A stretch of 64,000 nucleotides of DNA from Clostridiales bacterium UBA3678 (GCA_002372935.1 DFJF01000004.1:118002-182001); one strand, 5' to 3'. Shown: positions 1 to 10,038, counted from the stretch's first letter. Translations and numbers: made by a program. Notes: generated by a model from the sequence alone, not told the origin.

Positions 1-662
1 ACTACTCTTTTTAATCTATATGAAGATTTTACTATTAACACTCCTATTACAGGAACTCCAATAATTAATCCTGACATAAATAATTGACTAAATTTGCAAC
101 CAGCAACTATCATCATTACCAAACAAATTCCACTTATAACAAGTGTTGCACTCATATGTGGTTCTAATAACAACAGACCTGCTATTGGTGCTATCCATAA
201 AATATGTTTTACTAAACCTTTCCAAAATTTTGGTAATTCTTCTCTATCTTTTGTCAATAATCCAGCATAAAAAATAATCATAAATAATTTTACAAATTCT
301 GATGGCTGAAATGATTGACCACCTATGTATATCCACCTCTTAGCACCATTGCTTGATGTTCCAATAACTAAAACTAGTGCTAATAAAATTATTGATAAAA
401 CATATACAAATTTATAGAATGATTTGTAAACTCTATAATTTATTTTTGAAATTATTCCCATCGCAACTAACCCAGCAATCGCAAATATTGCCTGTTTTAT
501 AAAATATGTATAACTTGTTCCACTTTCTGCAAGTGATGTTGGTGAACTTGCAGAAAGTACCATTATTAAGCCCAAAGATAATAATAGTAATATTGTGATT
601 AATAATGTGTAATCTAATGGATTATTAAAAAAACTTACTTTCTTTTTATTAGTTTTTTTCAC
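1..662 (-). CDS. ftsW: SEDS-family peptidoglycan polymerase FtsW/SpoVE (N-terminal part; gene runs off window start)
   Basis: Not in ORF track (open at window edge). Own minus-strand translation from GTG at 662 (GGGAGA RBS just upstream): VKKTNKKKVSFFNNPLDYTLLITILLL...NGAKRWIYIGGQSFQPSEFVKLFMIIFYA. This is the FtsW/RodA/SpoVE signature. Lies directly downstream of mraY. Confidence 0.8.
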   Translation of the reverse strand, partial: MKKTNKKKVSFFNNPLDYTLLITILLLLSLGLIMVLSASSPTSLAESGTSYTYFIKQAIFAIAGLVAMGIISKINYRVYKSFYKFVYVLSIILLALVLVIGTSSNGAKRWIYIGGQSFQPSEFVKLFMIIFYAGLLTKDREELPKFWKGLVKHILWIAPIAGLLLLEPHMSATLVISGICLVMMIVAGCKFSQLFMSGLIIGVPVIGVLIVKSSYRLKRV

Positions 663-714
663 CTTTATTCTCCCAAATAAATTTGGTTTCCTCCTCTCCT
701 ATTGTCTTTTGAAT

Positions 715-1698
715 CTATGCTACAGCAAAAATTCCAATTATACATACTAAAAGAGTAATTAAGGTAAATATAATAACTACTTTATTTTCACTCCACCCTG
801 AAAGTTCAAAATGATGATGTAATGGAGCCATTTTAAATATTCTTTTACCCGTTTTCTTAAAATATAAAACCTGTATTATAACTGAAATTGTCTCTAGTAT
901 TGGTATTAAAGCTATTACTAATAATAGTAATGGAATTCTTAAATATAATGAAATACTTGAAATCACTCCTCCTAAAAATAATGATCCTGTATCTCCCATA
1001 AAGACTTTTGCTGGATGTAAATTAAATATTAAAAATCCCAAAATGGCACCAATGACTATACTTCCAAATATAACTGCTTCTTCTTTTTTAAAAATTACTG
1101 CAATTGAAGTTAAACAAGTTATTATTATTATACTTACACTTGAAGATAATCCATCTATTCCATCTGTTAAGTTTATTGCATTTGTTGTTGCTAATATTAC
1201 TAAAATTGCAAAAGGTATATAAATAAACAATGGTAAACTTATATATTTTTTCACAAATGGAATAAAGGTTCCTGTTCCTATATTTGAATATTTTACTATA
1301 AATAATGTATATGCAACAGATATTAATAATAAACCAAACATTTTATAACTAGGTTTTAATCCAACTGTATTTTTTAAAACCAATTTTTTAAAATCATCTA
1401 TAAAGCCTATTAACCCAAAGCCTATCGTCAAACACAACATGGGTAAAAGATTTTTTACTATACTTGTTTCATATAGATTATTAAAATATATGTAAACACC
1501 TGTAACACATATAATTATTGAAATTATAAATATAATTCCACCCATTGTTGGTGTCCCCTGTTTTTTTAGATGAGACTCTGGTCCATCTTCTCTTTCTATC
1601 TGTCCTACTTTAATTTTTTTTAATATTGGTATAATTATAAGAGCTAATATAATTGTCACTATAAATGAAATTATTAGCATTATCATTTGAGTTTTCAT
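715..1698 (-). CDS. mraY: phospho-N-acetylmuramoyl-pentapeptide transferase MraY
   Basis: 327-aa polytopic membrane ORF with GTPTMGG, IGFIDDFKK, NAINLTDGIDGL, VFMGDTGSL and MAPLHHHFE motifs. Immediately follows murE. Confidence 0.95.
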   Translation of the reverse strand: MKTQMIMLIISFIVTIILALIIIPILKKIKVGQIEREDGPESHLKKQGTPTMGGIIFIISIIICVTGVYIYFNNLYETSIVKNLLPMLCLTIGFGLIGFIDDFKKLVLKNTVGLKPSYKMFGLLLISVAYTLFIVKYSNIGTGTFIPFVKKYISLPLFIYIPFAILVILATTNAINLTDGIDGLSSSVSIIIITCLTSIAVIFKKEEAVIFGSIVIGAILGFLIFNLHPAKVFMGDTGSLFLGGVISSISLYLRIPLLLLVIALIPILETISVIIQVLYFKKTGKRIFKMAPLHHHFELSGWSENKVVIIFTLITLLVCIIGIFAVA

Positions 1699-1702
1699 TT
1701 TC

Positions 1703-3181
1703 TTATCCCTTCTTATTAATATTTTTTATTATTTCTCTTATAATAGTTCTTTCATCAAAATCATATTTTTTATCATTTATTTCTTGATACAACTCATGAC
1801 CTTTTCCAGCTAAAACAACTATATCAGTCTTTTTTGCCATTTCTATTGCTTTTTTTATTGCTTCTTTTCTGTCAACAATAACTTCATATTTTCCTTTTGT
1901 CTTTTTTATTCCTTCTTCAATTTGATTAACAATTACCTGTGGATCCTCTGTTCTAGGATTATCAGATGTTATTATTGTATAATCCGCAATTTTACCTGAG
2001 ATTTCTCCCATTAGCGGGCGCTTTCTTGCATCTCTATCTCCACCACACCCAAATACACATATAACTTTGCCTTTTGTATAGCTTTTTACTGCTTTTAATA
2101 TATTTTGCAAGCTTTCTGGAGTATGTGCAAAATCTATCATTATAGGAAGCTCTAATTTATTATCTACCATTTCTGACCTTCCTGGCACCTTCACTTTCAA
2201 TAAAGCATCTTTAATAATCTCTGGATCTACTCCTATTTTCTTACATATACAAATAGCTACTAATGCATTATATACAGTGAATCTTCCAGGTATATCTACT
2301 TTTACTCTTTCATTTCTATCTGATAATTTTACTTTAAAGTCTACAGAAGAATTTGTAATTGTAATATCTTTTGCAATTACTTCTCCTGGATTATCAATTC
2401 CATATCTTGTTATTTCACTATCTGGAAACATTGATGGAATTTTTGCACCATACAAATCATCAATATTTACAAATCCAGTTTTGCACATTTTGAATAATTT
2501 TAATTTAGATTCAAAATAATCTTTAGTATTTGGATGTTCTTTTGCACTTATATGGTCTTCTGATAAATTTGTAAATACTACCATATCAAAATCACACCCA
2601 TCAACTCTATGTAATTTAAGACTTTGTGAAGATACTTCCATTACTACATATTCTGTTCCTTGTTCTACCATTTTTGAAAAAATCTTTTGAAGCTCTAAAC
2701 TTTCTGGAGTAGTTCTTTCACTATCTTCTATTTTTTCACCATTAATATATACTGCAACTGTGCCTATAAGTCCTACTTTTTTTCCAGCTTTTTCTAATAT
2801 ATCTTTTATCATGTATGTTGTTGTAGTCTTTCCTTTTGTACCTGTAATACCTATTAATTTAAATTTTTTTGATGGATTTTCATAAAAATTACTTGAAGCT
2901 ATTGCTAAAAATTCTCTTGTATTTTTTGCAACAATTATAGTAATATTTGATAATTTGCTTATTAATTCTTTGTTAATTTTCTCTACTACAACAGCTATTG
3001 CACCATTTTTCACCGCTTCTTCTATATATTGGTGCCCATCAAAACTAAATCCTTTTATTGCTACAAATATATAACCAGGTTGTACTTTTTTAGAATTACT
3101 TTCAATTCCTATTATATCTTGTTCTAGATCTCCTTTTGCTTTTAAATTTTCTATTCCTATTAAGATATTTTTAAGCTTCAT
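1703..3181 (-). CDS. murE: UDP-MurNAc-L-Ala-D-Glu:2,6-diaminopimelate ligase MurE
   Basis: Mur-ligase P-loop GITGTKGKTTTTYM, DNPRTEDP (DNPR motif associated with meso-DAP-adding MurE) and AGKGHELYQ. Operon with mraY. Confidence 0.9.
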   Translation of the reverse strand: MKLKNILIGIENLKAKGDLEQDIIGIESNSKKVQPGYIFVAIKGFSFDGHQYIEEAVKNGAIAVVVEKINKELISKLSNITIIVAKNTREFLAIASSNFYENPSKKFKLIGITGTKGKTTTTYMIKDILEKAGKKVGLIGTVAVYINGEKIEDSERTTPESLELQKIFSKMVEQGTEYVVMEVSSQSLKLHRVDGCDFDMVVFTNLSEDHISAKEHPNTKDYFESKLKLFKMCKTGFVNIDDLYGAKIPSMFPDSEITRYGIDNPGEVIAKDITITNSSVDFKVKLSDRNERVKVDIPGRFTVYNALVAICICKKIGVDPEIIKDALLKVKVPGRSEMVDNKLELPIMIDFAHTPESLQNILKAVKSYTKGKVICVFGCGGDRDARKRPLMGEISGKIADYTIITSDNPRTEDPQVIVNQIEEGIKKTKGKYEVIVDRKEAIKKAIEMAKKTDIVVLAGKGHELYQEINDKKYDFDERTIIREIIKNINKKG

Positions 3182-3197
3182 AAATTTTCACCTTCCT

Positions 3198-4307
3198 TTA
3201 ATTTACTACATGATATATTTTACATACAGTTTTTCCGCCTTTTGAATATGTATTTAATTTTATAGTATATTTTTTGTTATTCTTAAATTTTAAATTTTTA
3301 CTTCCATAAGAAACTGTTGCATCATTTCCGCTAGTCGTATATGAAACTGCTTTACTATGAGTATGTCTTTCTACTATTTTCAAACCTGCTTTTCTAGCAG
3401 CCTGGAATAATGTTGTACTTACCTGGCATACTCCTCCTCCAGAACCTAAAACACTTTTATGATTTACAAATATTATTGCATCTTTGAATCCTCTTGACTT
3501 ACTTGCAGGTCCCACAATTTTAAACCAGTTGAATGTCTGCCCTGGCTTTAGCACTGTTCCGTTAATTTTTTTACTTGCAAGATTTAAATTCCAATTTCTG
3601 GCTGAACCACTTTTAGGTGAATTAAGAGTTATTTTAGCAACAAGACCTGTATTTGCTTTTGGACTACCATATTTTTTACAAAGCCTTTGTCCTCCTATTT
3701 CAACATAAGCTCTTATCTTAAAATAATATGTTCTATTTGGATTTAATCCACTTTTTCTATATGAAGTTATTTTATTATTTGTAATAGTTTTTATTCTTGT
3801 ATATTTTCCATTTTCAGATGTAGACATATATATTCTATATCCTGATGCTAAACTATCTTTATTCCAAGTAATTGTGGCTTTTGTGAAATTATAGTTCATT
3901 ATTATGCTTTTTATTTGTGTCTTTTTAGGTGCAATATAAAAATATCTTGTTACTTTACCTGTATAGTCACCTATTCCTGTAATTAAAACTTTTGCTTTTC
4001 CAGGCTTTACATTATTTGAATATGTAATTTCGTAGTCCTTATTTTGAGTTAATTTCTTTTTTCCATCATATATTTTAACTTCTGCTTCTTTTCTTCTTCC
4101 ATCATATGTATGTATATAAGCACTAACTTTAATTTTTAATTTATATATTTCTTTTGTCACTTTTTCCTCTGACTCACTTGTTTTTGTAGTAGTATTATTG
4201 TTATAAACATCTTCTGCATATACTCTTCCATATGATAATGCAAATATTTGCATTATAATTGTTAATATTAAAATTAAACTTATTTTTACTTTTCGTATTT
4301 TTTTCAT
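3198..4307 (-). CDS. VanW-domain secreted protein
   Basis: C-terminal GQTFNWFKIVGP...GGGVCQVSTTLFQAARKAGLKIVERHTHSKAVSYTTSGNDATVSYG matches the VanW domain pattern. Signal peptide KKIRKVKISLILILTIIMQIFALSYG. Start moved to the ATG at 4307 (MKKIRK), which has a GGGAAAGG RBS; the track ORF extends to 4358. Confidence 0.8.
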   Translation of the reverse strand: MKKIRKVKISLILILTIIMQIFALSYGRVYAEDVYNNNTTTKTSESEEKVTKEIYKLKIKVSAYIHTYDGRRKEAEVKIYDGKKKLTQNKDYEITYSNNVKPGKAKVLITGIGDYTGKVTRYFYIAPKKTQIKSIIMNYNFTKATITWNKDSLASGYRIYMSTSENGKYTRIKTITNNKITSYRKSGLNPNRTYYFKIRAYVEIGGQRLCKKYGSPKANTGLVAKITLNSPKSGSARNWNLNLASKKINGTVLKPGQTFNWFKIVGPASKSRGFKDAIIFVNHKSVLGSGGGVCQVSTTLFQAARKAGLKIVERHTHSKAVSYTTSGNDATVSYGSKNLKFKNNKKYTIKLNTYSKGGKTVCKIYHVVN

Positions 4308-4519
4308 TTTTTTACCTTTCCCTTCTATAAAACCATAAAGATAATAAAAATTCAACAACCATTTTCTAGCTTTTGTACATTATATTTTATAACATAAATA
4401 TATTATCATATTTAAAAAATATTAACAAGTATTTTGTGAATTTTTTTAATTTCTATAGACAAATTTTGTAAATTATGATAGTATTACTATTAACAAAAGA
4501 AAAACAATAAAAAGAAAGG

Positions 4520-5002
4520 GTGTTTAATATGTTTAAAATAAAAAAAATTTCATTAATTGTTTTTGCAATATTTTTTATATTTTTTAATACAAAGTGTTTT
4601 GCAATAGATGCTAATCAACTTACATCTAATCCAGATAATCCTACAAATGGCGTGGTATCTCAAGATAATAACAGTTCAAATTCAACCACTAATCCTAATA
4701 ATGATACTGTAAATGCTAATACTATAAATTCTACGGAAAATTCTACATCTAATAATTCTATTTCTACTGATACAGATAATTCTGTTTCATCATCAGATTA
4801 TTCAAATTCAAATGTACCATTTTCTAACTCATCTACAGCTTCAACCTCTAATTCTTCAAATGATAATCAATCTACAGTTGTAAGTGGAGTTAGTTCAGTT
4901 TCAAATGCTTCTACATTTACAAATGTATTAAATATTGTTTTGGTTGTTGTTGGAGTATTATTAATTTTATTAGCAATTGCAATATTAATAAGATTACATT
5001 AA
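4520..5002 (+). CDS. Ser/Asn/Thr-rich low-complexity secreted protein with C-terminal membrane anchor
   Basis: N-terminal signal-like KKISLIVFAIFFIFFNTKCFA, about 100 aa of S/N/T-rich low complexity, then a C-terminal hydrophobic helix VLNIVLVVVGVLLILLAIAILI. AAGAAAGGG RBS upstream. Confidence 0.5.
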   Translation: MFNMFKIKKISLIVFAIFFIFFNTKCFAIDANQLTSNPDNPTNGVVSQDNNSSNSTTNPNNDTVNANTINSTENSTSNNSISTDTDNSVSSSDYSNSNVPFSNSSTASTSNSSNDNQSTVVSGVSSVSNASTFTNVLNIVLVVVGVLLILLAIAILIRLH

Positions 5003-5218
5003 TATAACATAAAAAATTTTTAAAAAATCTCTTTAAAAGGGATTTTTTTCATTTTTAAATTTGTATATTTTTTTCAAAAAAATTAATAATATTAATAGAT
5101 GTTTTAATTCTCGAAAATCTTTTACCTTGCCTGAAATTTAAGATTTGGAATCTGTGAATTAAAACAAATAATTTCATTTTAAAAAACATGAGATATTTTA
5201 TCTCGGAAAGGATCAAAG

Positions 5219-5740
5219 ATGAAAAATAAAATTTTTTATAGTATATTAATATTATTAACAATTTTATTATTTTTTACAACATATAGTTTCGCAACAGAGA
5301 ATATGATAAAAAATGCTACAAACAATGTAAAAAATGCAATGAATGAAGCTGGAAATAAAGTTCAAGATGCTGCAAACAATGTACAAAATAATGCACAAAA
5401 TATGATGAATAGAGATGAAAACAAAATTGATAATGCTACAAATAATGCACAAAACACAATGAATGGAGTTGGAAATAATGTCAGAAATACAGCAGGAAAC
5501 ATGACAAATGGTGTAAAAGATACAGTTCAAAATACCAATACTGATATGGGTAGAGTAACAACAGATAATAATTACAATGCTACAAGAACAGCAACTACAA
5601 ATGATAATATCAAATTTTTGGGATTAACATATACTGCTTGGGTTTGGATGATAATTGCTCTAGCTGCAATTGGTATTGGAATATTGGTTTATTCTTATGC
5701 TGCACAAAATACTCGTCATTCTAAAAATTATAATGAGTAA
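5219..5740 (+). CDS. Asn-rich protein with about seven 11-residue repeats, signal peptide and C-terminal anchor
   Basis: Signal-like ILILLTILLFFTTYSFA. 11-mer periodicity: NATNNVKNAMN/EAGNKVQDAAN/NVQNNAQNMMN/RDENKIDNATN/NAQNTMNGVGN/NVRNTAGNMTN/GVKDTVQNTNT. C-terminal TM helix WVWMIIALAAIGIGILVYSY. Confidence 0.55.
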   Translation: MKNKIFYSILILLTILLFFTTYSFATENMIKNATNNVKNAMNEAGNKVQDAANNVQNNAQNMMNRDENKIDNATNNAQNTMNGVGNNVRNTAGNMTNGVKDTVQNTNTDMGRVTTDNNYNATRTATTNDNIKFLGLTYTAWVWMIIALAAIGIGILVYSYAAQNTRHSKNYNE

Positions 5741-5803
5741 TATTTACTTTTGTTAAAATTCATGCTAAAATTAAAATAAATATTTTGAAATTAGGTGAAT
5801 TTA

Positions 5804-6272
5804 ATGGAAGGAAAAAAAGTAATTGCAAAAAATCCAACTGCTTATCATAATTATTCTATTGAAACTACTATGGAAGCTGGAATCGTTTTATCTGGAACAG
5901 AAATAAAATCAATAAGAGCTCGGAAAAGTCAATTTAAAAGATAGTTATGCAAATATAAAAAATGGTGAATGTTTTGTATATGGAATCCACATCAGTCCTT
6001 ACGAACATGGCAATATTTATAATAAAGATCCTTTAAGAGTTAGAAAATTACTTTTAAATAAAAGAGAAATTAACAAATTATTTGGAAAAATCAAACAAGA
6101 TAGATTGTCTCTTATCCCAATTAGCTTATATTTTAAAGGTAATTTAATAAAATTAGAACTTGGGATTGGTAAAGGCAAAAAAAATTATGATAAGCGTCAA
6201 GATATTGCAAAAAAAGATGCAGAACGCAGAATGCAAAAAGCTCTAAGAGTAAAAAGAGAAAGCAACTTTTAA
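5804..6272 (+). pseudogene. smpB: SsrA-binding protein SmpB, interrupted by a +1 frameshift near 5921
   Basis: Own translation. Frame A from the ATG at 5804 gives [39 protein letters not shown], then RKSQFKR and a stop at 5942-5944. Frame B from 5928 gives [106 protein letters not shown], stop at 6270-6272. Joined, the two read as canonical SmpB. Deleting the c at 5921 (gct[c]ggaaaagtc) restores IRAGKVNLKD. Confidence 0.85.
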
Positions 6273-6293
6273 ATAAAGTTGCCTTCTTTTTTT
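6262..6293. terminator. bidirectional rho-independent terminator between smpB and fba
   Basis: GCAACTTT-taaat-AAAGTTGC hairpin followed by CTTCTTTTTTT. Confidence 0.6.
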
Positions 6294-6297
6294 ATTA

Positions 6298-7236
6298 CTA
6301 TGCTTTATTGCTTGAACCAAATACATCTCTTATTTTATGTTGAACAGTTGCTTTTATTAATTCTCTTGCAGGTCCTAAATATTTTCTAGGATCAAATACG
6401 CTTGGTTCTTCTGCAAATTCTTTTCTTATTGCAGCTGTCATTGCAAGTCTTAAATCTGTATCAACATTTATTTTTGAAACTCCTGAAAGTGAAGCTTGGT
6501 GAAGTATTTCATCAGGTACACCCTTTGCTCCAGGAATATCTGCTCCATATTTATTACATTGTTCTACTAATTCTGGTATAACTGTTGAAGCACCATGTAA
6601 AACAATTGGTGTGTTTGGAATTCTATCTTTAACTTTTTGTAAAATATCAAATCTTAATTTAGCTTCTCCTTTAAATTTATATGCTCCATGGCTAGTTCCT
6701 ATTGCAATTGCTAATGAATCACATCCTGTTCTTTTAACAAATTCTTCAGCTTGAGCTGGATCTGTATACATAGCATCATCAGCTTTAACATTAACATCAT
6801 CTTCTATACCTGCTAATTTTCCAAGTTCAGCTTCTACTACTACACCATGACTATGAGCATAATCTACCACTTCTTTTGTAAGTCTTACATTTTCTTCAAA
6901 ATCATATTTTGAGCCATCAAACATAACTGATGTAAATCCATTGTCTATACATAGTTTACATGTCTCAAAATCTGGGCCATGATCTAAATGTATTGCAAAT
7001 GGAACTTCTGGATGTTCTTCCTCTGCTGCCTTTACCATTTTCATTAAATAATTTATTCTTGCATATTTGATTGCACTTGATGAGGCTTGCATTATAACTG
7101 GTGCATGTTCTTCAGCAGCTGCATCCATTATAGCTTGTATAATTTCCATATTGTTAACATTAAATGCTCCTATTGCAAATCCCTCTCTCATTGATTTTTC
7201 AAACATTTCCTTTGTTGTTACTAACATATTTATCAT
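6298..7236 (-). CDS. fba: class II fructose-1,6-bisphosphate aldolase
   Basis: AIHLDHGPDF, SVMFDGSK, VEAELGKLAG, IGTSHGAYKF and IVLHGAST motifs. Confidence 0.95.
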   Translation of the reverse strand: MINMLVTTKEMFEKSMREGFAIGAFNVNNMEIIQAIMDAAAEEHAPVIMQASSSAIKYARINYLMKMVKAAEEEHPEVPFAIHLDHGPDFETCKLCIDNGFTSVMFDGSKYDFEENVRLTKEVVDYAHSHGVVVEAELGKLAGIEDDVNVKADDAMYTDPAQAEEFVKRTGCDSLAIAIGTSHGAYKFKGEAKLRFDILQKVKDRIPNTPIVLHGASTVIPELVEQCNKYGADIPGAKGVPDEILHQASLSGVSKINVDTDLRLAMTAAIRKEFAEEPSVFDPRKYLGPARELIKATVQHKIRDVFGSSNKA

Positions 7237-7321
7237 CCTTTCTTGTTTACTTTTGGGTTAATTATATTCCAATTTTTTTCATTGGTCAAGCATTAATTTC
7301 TCTTTTCTATATCAATCCAAT

Positions 7322-8518
7322 TTATTCTTTTTGTCTTTCGTTTTCTTTTTCTTTTGTTTTACCAAATTCGCCCTGTATATGACCATAACCCATGTTTGTA
7401 GTGATATCTGTAGTATTTTCTAAATGTTCTTTTGCCTTTATCTCTTTTTCTGAATATTTTCCAGATAGCTCTTTTTCTTCAAGATTAAATGGTATAGATA
7501 TTTTAGATCTTATAGTCATAAATAATGGTTCTTTTTCAATTTTTGATACAATTTTTTTGCTATTTATGTCTATAGCAATATTTATATATTTTATTGCTAT
7601 ATCTTTTTTTCCTTTCATAATATTTATTTTAGAAAGTTCAAAATAACAATCTGCACTTAAATCTTCATCAGATAAAACCTGTTCAAAATAAAGTTCAGCT
7701 TTATCTAAATCCTTATATAATAATGCAATTTCTGCTAAATAATATTTTGCATTATATGCTAAATAATTTAATTCTGTAGCTTTTTCATAACAATTTTTGG
7801 CATTTTTAAAATCATTTAACATTGTATATACAATTCCCAAATTATAATTTAATTCATAATTTACAGGATTATATTTTAGTGCTTCCATATAAACCATTGC
7901 TGCCTCTTTGTATTCATCTTTTTCTATTAATAAATCTGCTAAAACCATAGAGGCATTAATATAGTCGGGTTTTTTTGCAAGTAATTTATTAAGCATTTCT
8001 ATTGATTCCTGTTTTCTGTCTAAATCTATTAAAAAATTTGCAACTTTATAATAAGAATCATAATCTTGTTTGTTAATGTCAATACATTGAACATATTCAT
8101 CCATTGACTTTCTTATTCCGCCCTCTTTTTCATAAATTTTTGCAAGTTTTTTATGAATATCATAATTTTGTGGATATTTTTCTTCAATACTTATAAGTAT
8201 ATTTTTTGCTGATTTATAATTTCCAAATGCTATATATATATCTGCCCTAAGAGATTTTAATCTTAAAAATATATTTATATTCTTTTTTTCTAATAAAATG
8301 ATAATTATTGGTAACAATATTGACATAAAAATTATTAAAAATGTTACCCAAATTTGAAGTTTCAAATTTAAAACTAATGCAACAAAATCAATTGCAATTC
8401 CTAATGCTTCTATTGCAAGTACCATAACATAACTCGTATCATTATTTTTTATCATCTTGAAAAAAATAATTGCAAATAAAATTATTGACAATATTATAAA
8501 AATTAATTGTTCTATCAT
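7322..8518 (-). CDS. membrane-anchored TPR-repeat protein
   Basis: Three N-terminal hydrophobic helices followed by repeated 34-aa TPR-like units (for example YNLGIVYTMLNDFKNAKNCYEKATELN). Confidence 0.7.
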   Translation of the reverse strand: MIEQLIFIILSIILFAIIFFKMIKNNDTSYVMVLAIEALGIAIDFVALVLNLKLQIWVTFLIIFMSILLPIIIILLEKKNINIFLRLKSLRADIYIAFGNYKSAKNILISIEEKYPQNYDIHKKLAKIYEKEGGIRKSMDEYVQCIDINKQDYDSYYKVANFLIDLDRKQESIEMLNKLLAKKPDYINASMVLADLLIEKDEYKEAAMVYMEALKYNPVNYELNYNLGIVYTMLNDFKNAKNCYEKATELNYLAYNAKYYLAEIALLYKDLDKAELYFEQVLSDEDLSADCYFELSKINIMKGKKDIAIKYINIAIDINSKKIVSKIEKEPLFMTIRSKISIPFNLEEKELSGKYSEKEIKAKEHLENTTDITTNMGYGHIQGEFGKTKEKENERQKE

Positions 8519-8695
8519 TTTTTATTTATTAGCAAAAAATAATGCTAATTGTCCTCCTTCTTGTTGTTATTTAATTTATTTTACTACAAAATCTATAAAA
8601 TATCAACAAAATTTTTTCAAAAGATATTTATTTTTTTTTATATTTATGATACAATAATTCATATAAAATATTTTTAGAAAAGGAGAATTAATGCT

Positions 8696-8935
8696 ATGGA
8701 ATTTAAAAGATGTTCTCGTTGTGGAGCTTTTTATACAAACCAAGGATATGTATGTCCAAAATGTACCAATAAAGATAATTTAGAGTTATCTCAATTTAAA
8801 ACTTTTGTTGAAAAAAATGGACTAGAAATTAATTCTTTAAGTCAAATATCAACACAAACTGGTATTTCAGAAAAAAATTTAAATAGATTTTTGAATTATG
8901 ATGGTTTAGAGGGATATAAAAAATTATTTATCTAA
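8696..8935 (+). CDS. small zinc-ribbon protein (CxxC...CxxC)
   Basis: MEFKRCSRCGAFYTNQGYVCPKCTNKD followed by a helix-turn-helix-like tail. AAGGAG RBS. Possibly the flagellar-region/YvyF-like small protein family, not verifiable here. Confidence 0.5.
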   Translation: MEFKRCSRCGAFYTNQGYVCPKCTNKDNLELSQFKTFVEKNGLEINSLSQISTQTGISEKNLNRFLNYDGLEGYKKLFI

Positions 8936-9051
8936 TTTTTTATATTAAGAGGCTTTCTTTTAAGATTGCCTTTTTTTGTTGCCTTTAAAAGTAACATATT
9001 TTTTTTTATTGAATAAAATATCTATAAATCAAAGAAAGGAGTTCAATTAAA

Positions 9052-9639
9052 GTGTATAACGATTATATGCAAAATTTATTAGGATCTAATTTTCCAAATT
9101 ATCAAAATACATATGACAATTCTTTTATAGATATAGGTTATTCTTATAATCCAATGGGTAATTACTTTTATAATAATCAACCTCAAATGAATCGTTCAGT
9201 TGATTTAGAAAGTTTATATCCAGAAATCTATAAAATTATATATCCAATGGTTCAAAAAGCTTGTTTACAAATAACAGGTCAAATAGATGCGAGTCTATTG
9301 GATAATTTAACAAATGATATTTATAACAATCTTGAAGGTGAAAATGTTGTAAATTTAAATATTAACATCGAAAATACAAAAAATGAATCCACAGATTCAA
9401 ATAATTTCAGCAATACAAGGAACAGTTCTTCAAAACAAGAAAAAAGACAAATAAACAACTCTATACAAGAAACCAGACAGATAAACAACCCAATAAGAGA
9501 TTTAATTAAAATTCTTTTAATAAGAGAGCTTTTAAGAAGACAAAGACAAAATAGACCACCAAGACCTATGAGACCTATGGATCCCATGAGACCTACTGAA
9601 CCCATGAGACCTATGCCACCTTTTGGCAACTATATTTAA
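9052..9639 (+). CDS. hypothetical Asn/Pro-rich protein with PMRP repeats
   Basis: GTG start behind an AAAGGAG RBS. C-terminal RPPRPMRPMDPMRPTEPMRPMPPF and an internal duplicated KRQINNSIQETRQINNPIRD. No family recognised. Confidence 0.45.
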   Translation: MYNDYMQNLLGSNFPNYQNTYDNSFIDIGYSYNPMGNYFYNNQPQMNRSVDLESLYPEIYKIIYPMVQKACLQITGQIDASLLDNLTNDIYNNLEGENVVNLNINIENTKNESTDSNNFSNTRNSSSKQEKRQINNSIQETRQINNPIRDLIKILLIRELLRRQRQNRPPRPMRPMDPMRPTEPMRPMPPFGNYI

Positions 9640-9676
9640 CTTTTAAAATTCTGCCCTAAAAAATAATTTTAGAGTT

Positions 9677-9721
9677 AAAAAGTCATGTATAGTTTATTTT
9701 ATATACTATACATGACTTTTT
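9677..9721. terminator. bidirectional terminator hairpin
   Basis: AAAAAGTCATGTATAGT...ACTATACATGACTTTTT, a 17-bp perfect stem between convergent genes. Confidence 0.7.
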
Positions 9722-9792
9722 AAGAATATAAAATTCGAATTTTGGAATAAAAAAAGAAATTAGAACTTTATTCCAATTCCCTTTTATTTATA

Positions 9793-10038
9793 TTATTCTT
9801 TAACATTCTCTTTGATATAATTTACAACATCACCTACAGTAACAACTTTTTCTGCATCAGCATCTGGAATTTCTATTCCAAATTCTTCTTCAAGAGCCAT
9901 AATTAATTCTACTAAATCTAATGAATCTGCTCCTAAATCATCTATAAATGATGCATCTTCTGTAATTGCTGTTTCTGAAACTTGTAATTGCTCAACTATT
10001 ATGTTTTTAATCTTTTCAAAAATCTCCTCTGAACTCAT
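9793..10038 (-). CDS. acpP: acyl carrier protein
   Basis: [22 protein letters not shown] phosphopantetheine-attachment motif. Start set at the ATG at 10038 (MSSEEIF) behind GAGGAGGTG; the track ORF extends to 10068. Confidence 0.95.
   Translation of the reverse strand: MSSEEIFEKIKNIIVEQLQVSETAITEDASFIDDLGADSLDLVELIMALEEEFGIEIPDADAEKVVTVGDVVNYIKENVKE

Noticed and set aside
2277-2519. Track ORFs lying antisense inside well-supported genes. Examples: 2277-2519, 3484-3708, 5267-5530, 7067-7382, 7392-7646, 9321-9629, 10201-10386, 11783-12112, 13576-13927, 16875-17111, 21291-21982, 22544-22738, 26015-26663, 27319-28147, 30357-30602, 31606-31794, 32220-32783, 34795-36283, 43653-45269, 46454-46642, 48760-48960, 49916-50101, 51753-52025, 52810-53001, 53356-53801, 57634-57945, 60297-60518, 61552-61740.
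   Set aside because: Each overlaps, on the opposite strand, a gene with clear family motifs. Their products are low-complexity Phe/Leu/Ile/Ser-rich strings, as expected from reading AT-rich coding DNA backwards. None has a convincing RBS.
1-3181. murE is followed directly by mraY and then ftsW, with no murF or murD in between.
   Set aside because: dcw-cluster order varies among Firmicutes, and murF and murD may simply be elsewhere in the genome. This cannot be assessed from one window.
5055-5261. 68-aa minus-strand ORF in the intergenic region before the Asn-rich gene.
   Set aside because: No RBS and a low-complexity hydrophobic product. It overlaps the promoter/RBS region and start of the 5219 gene.
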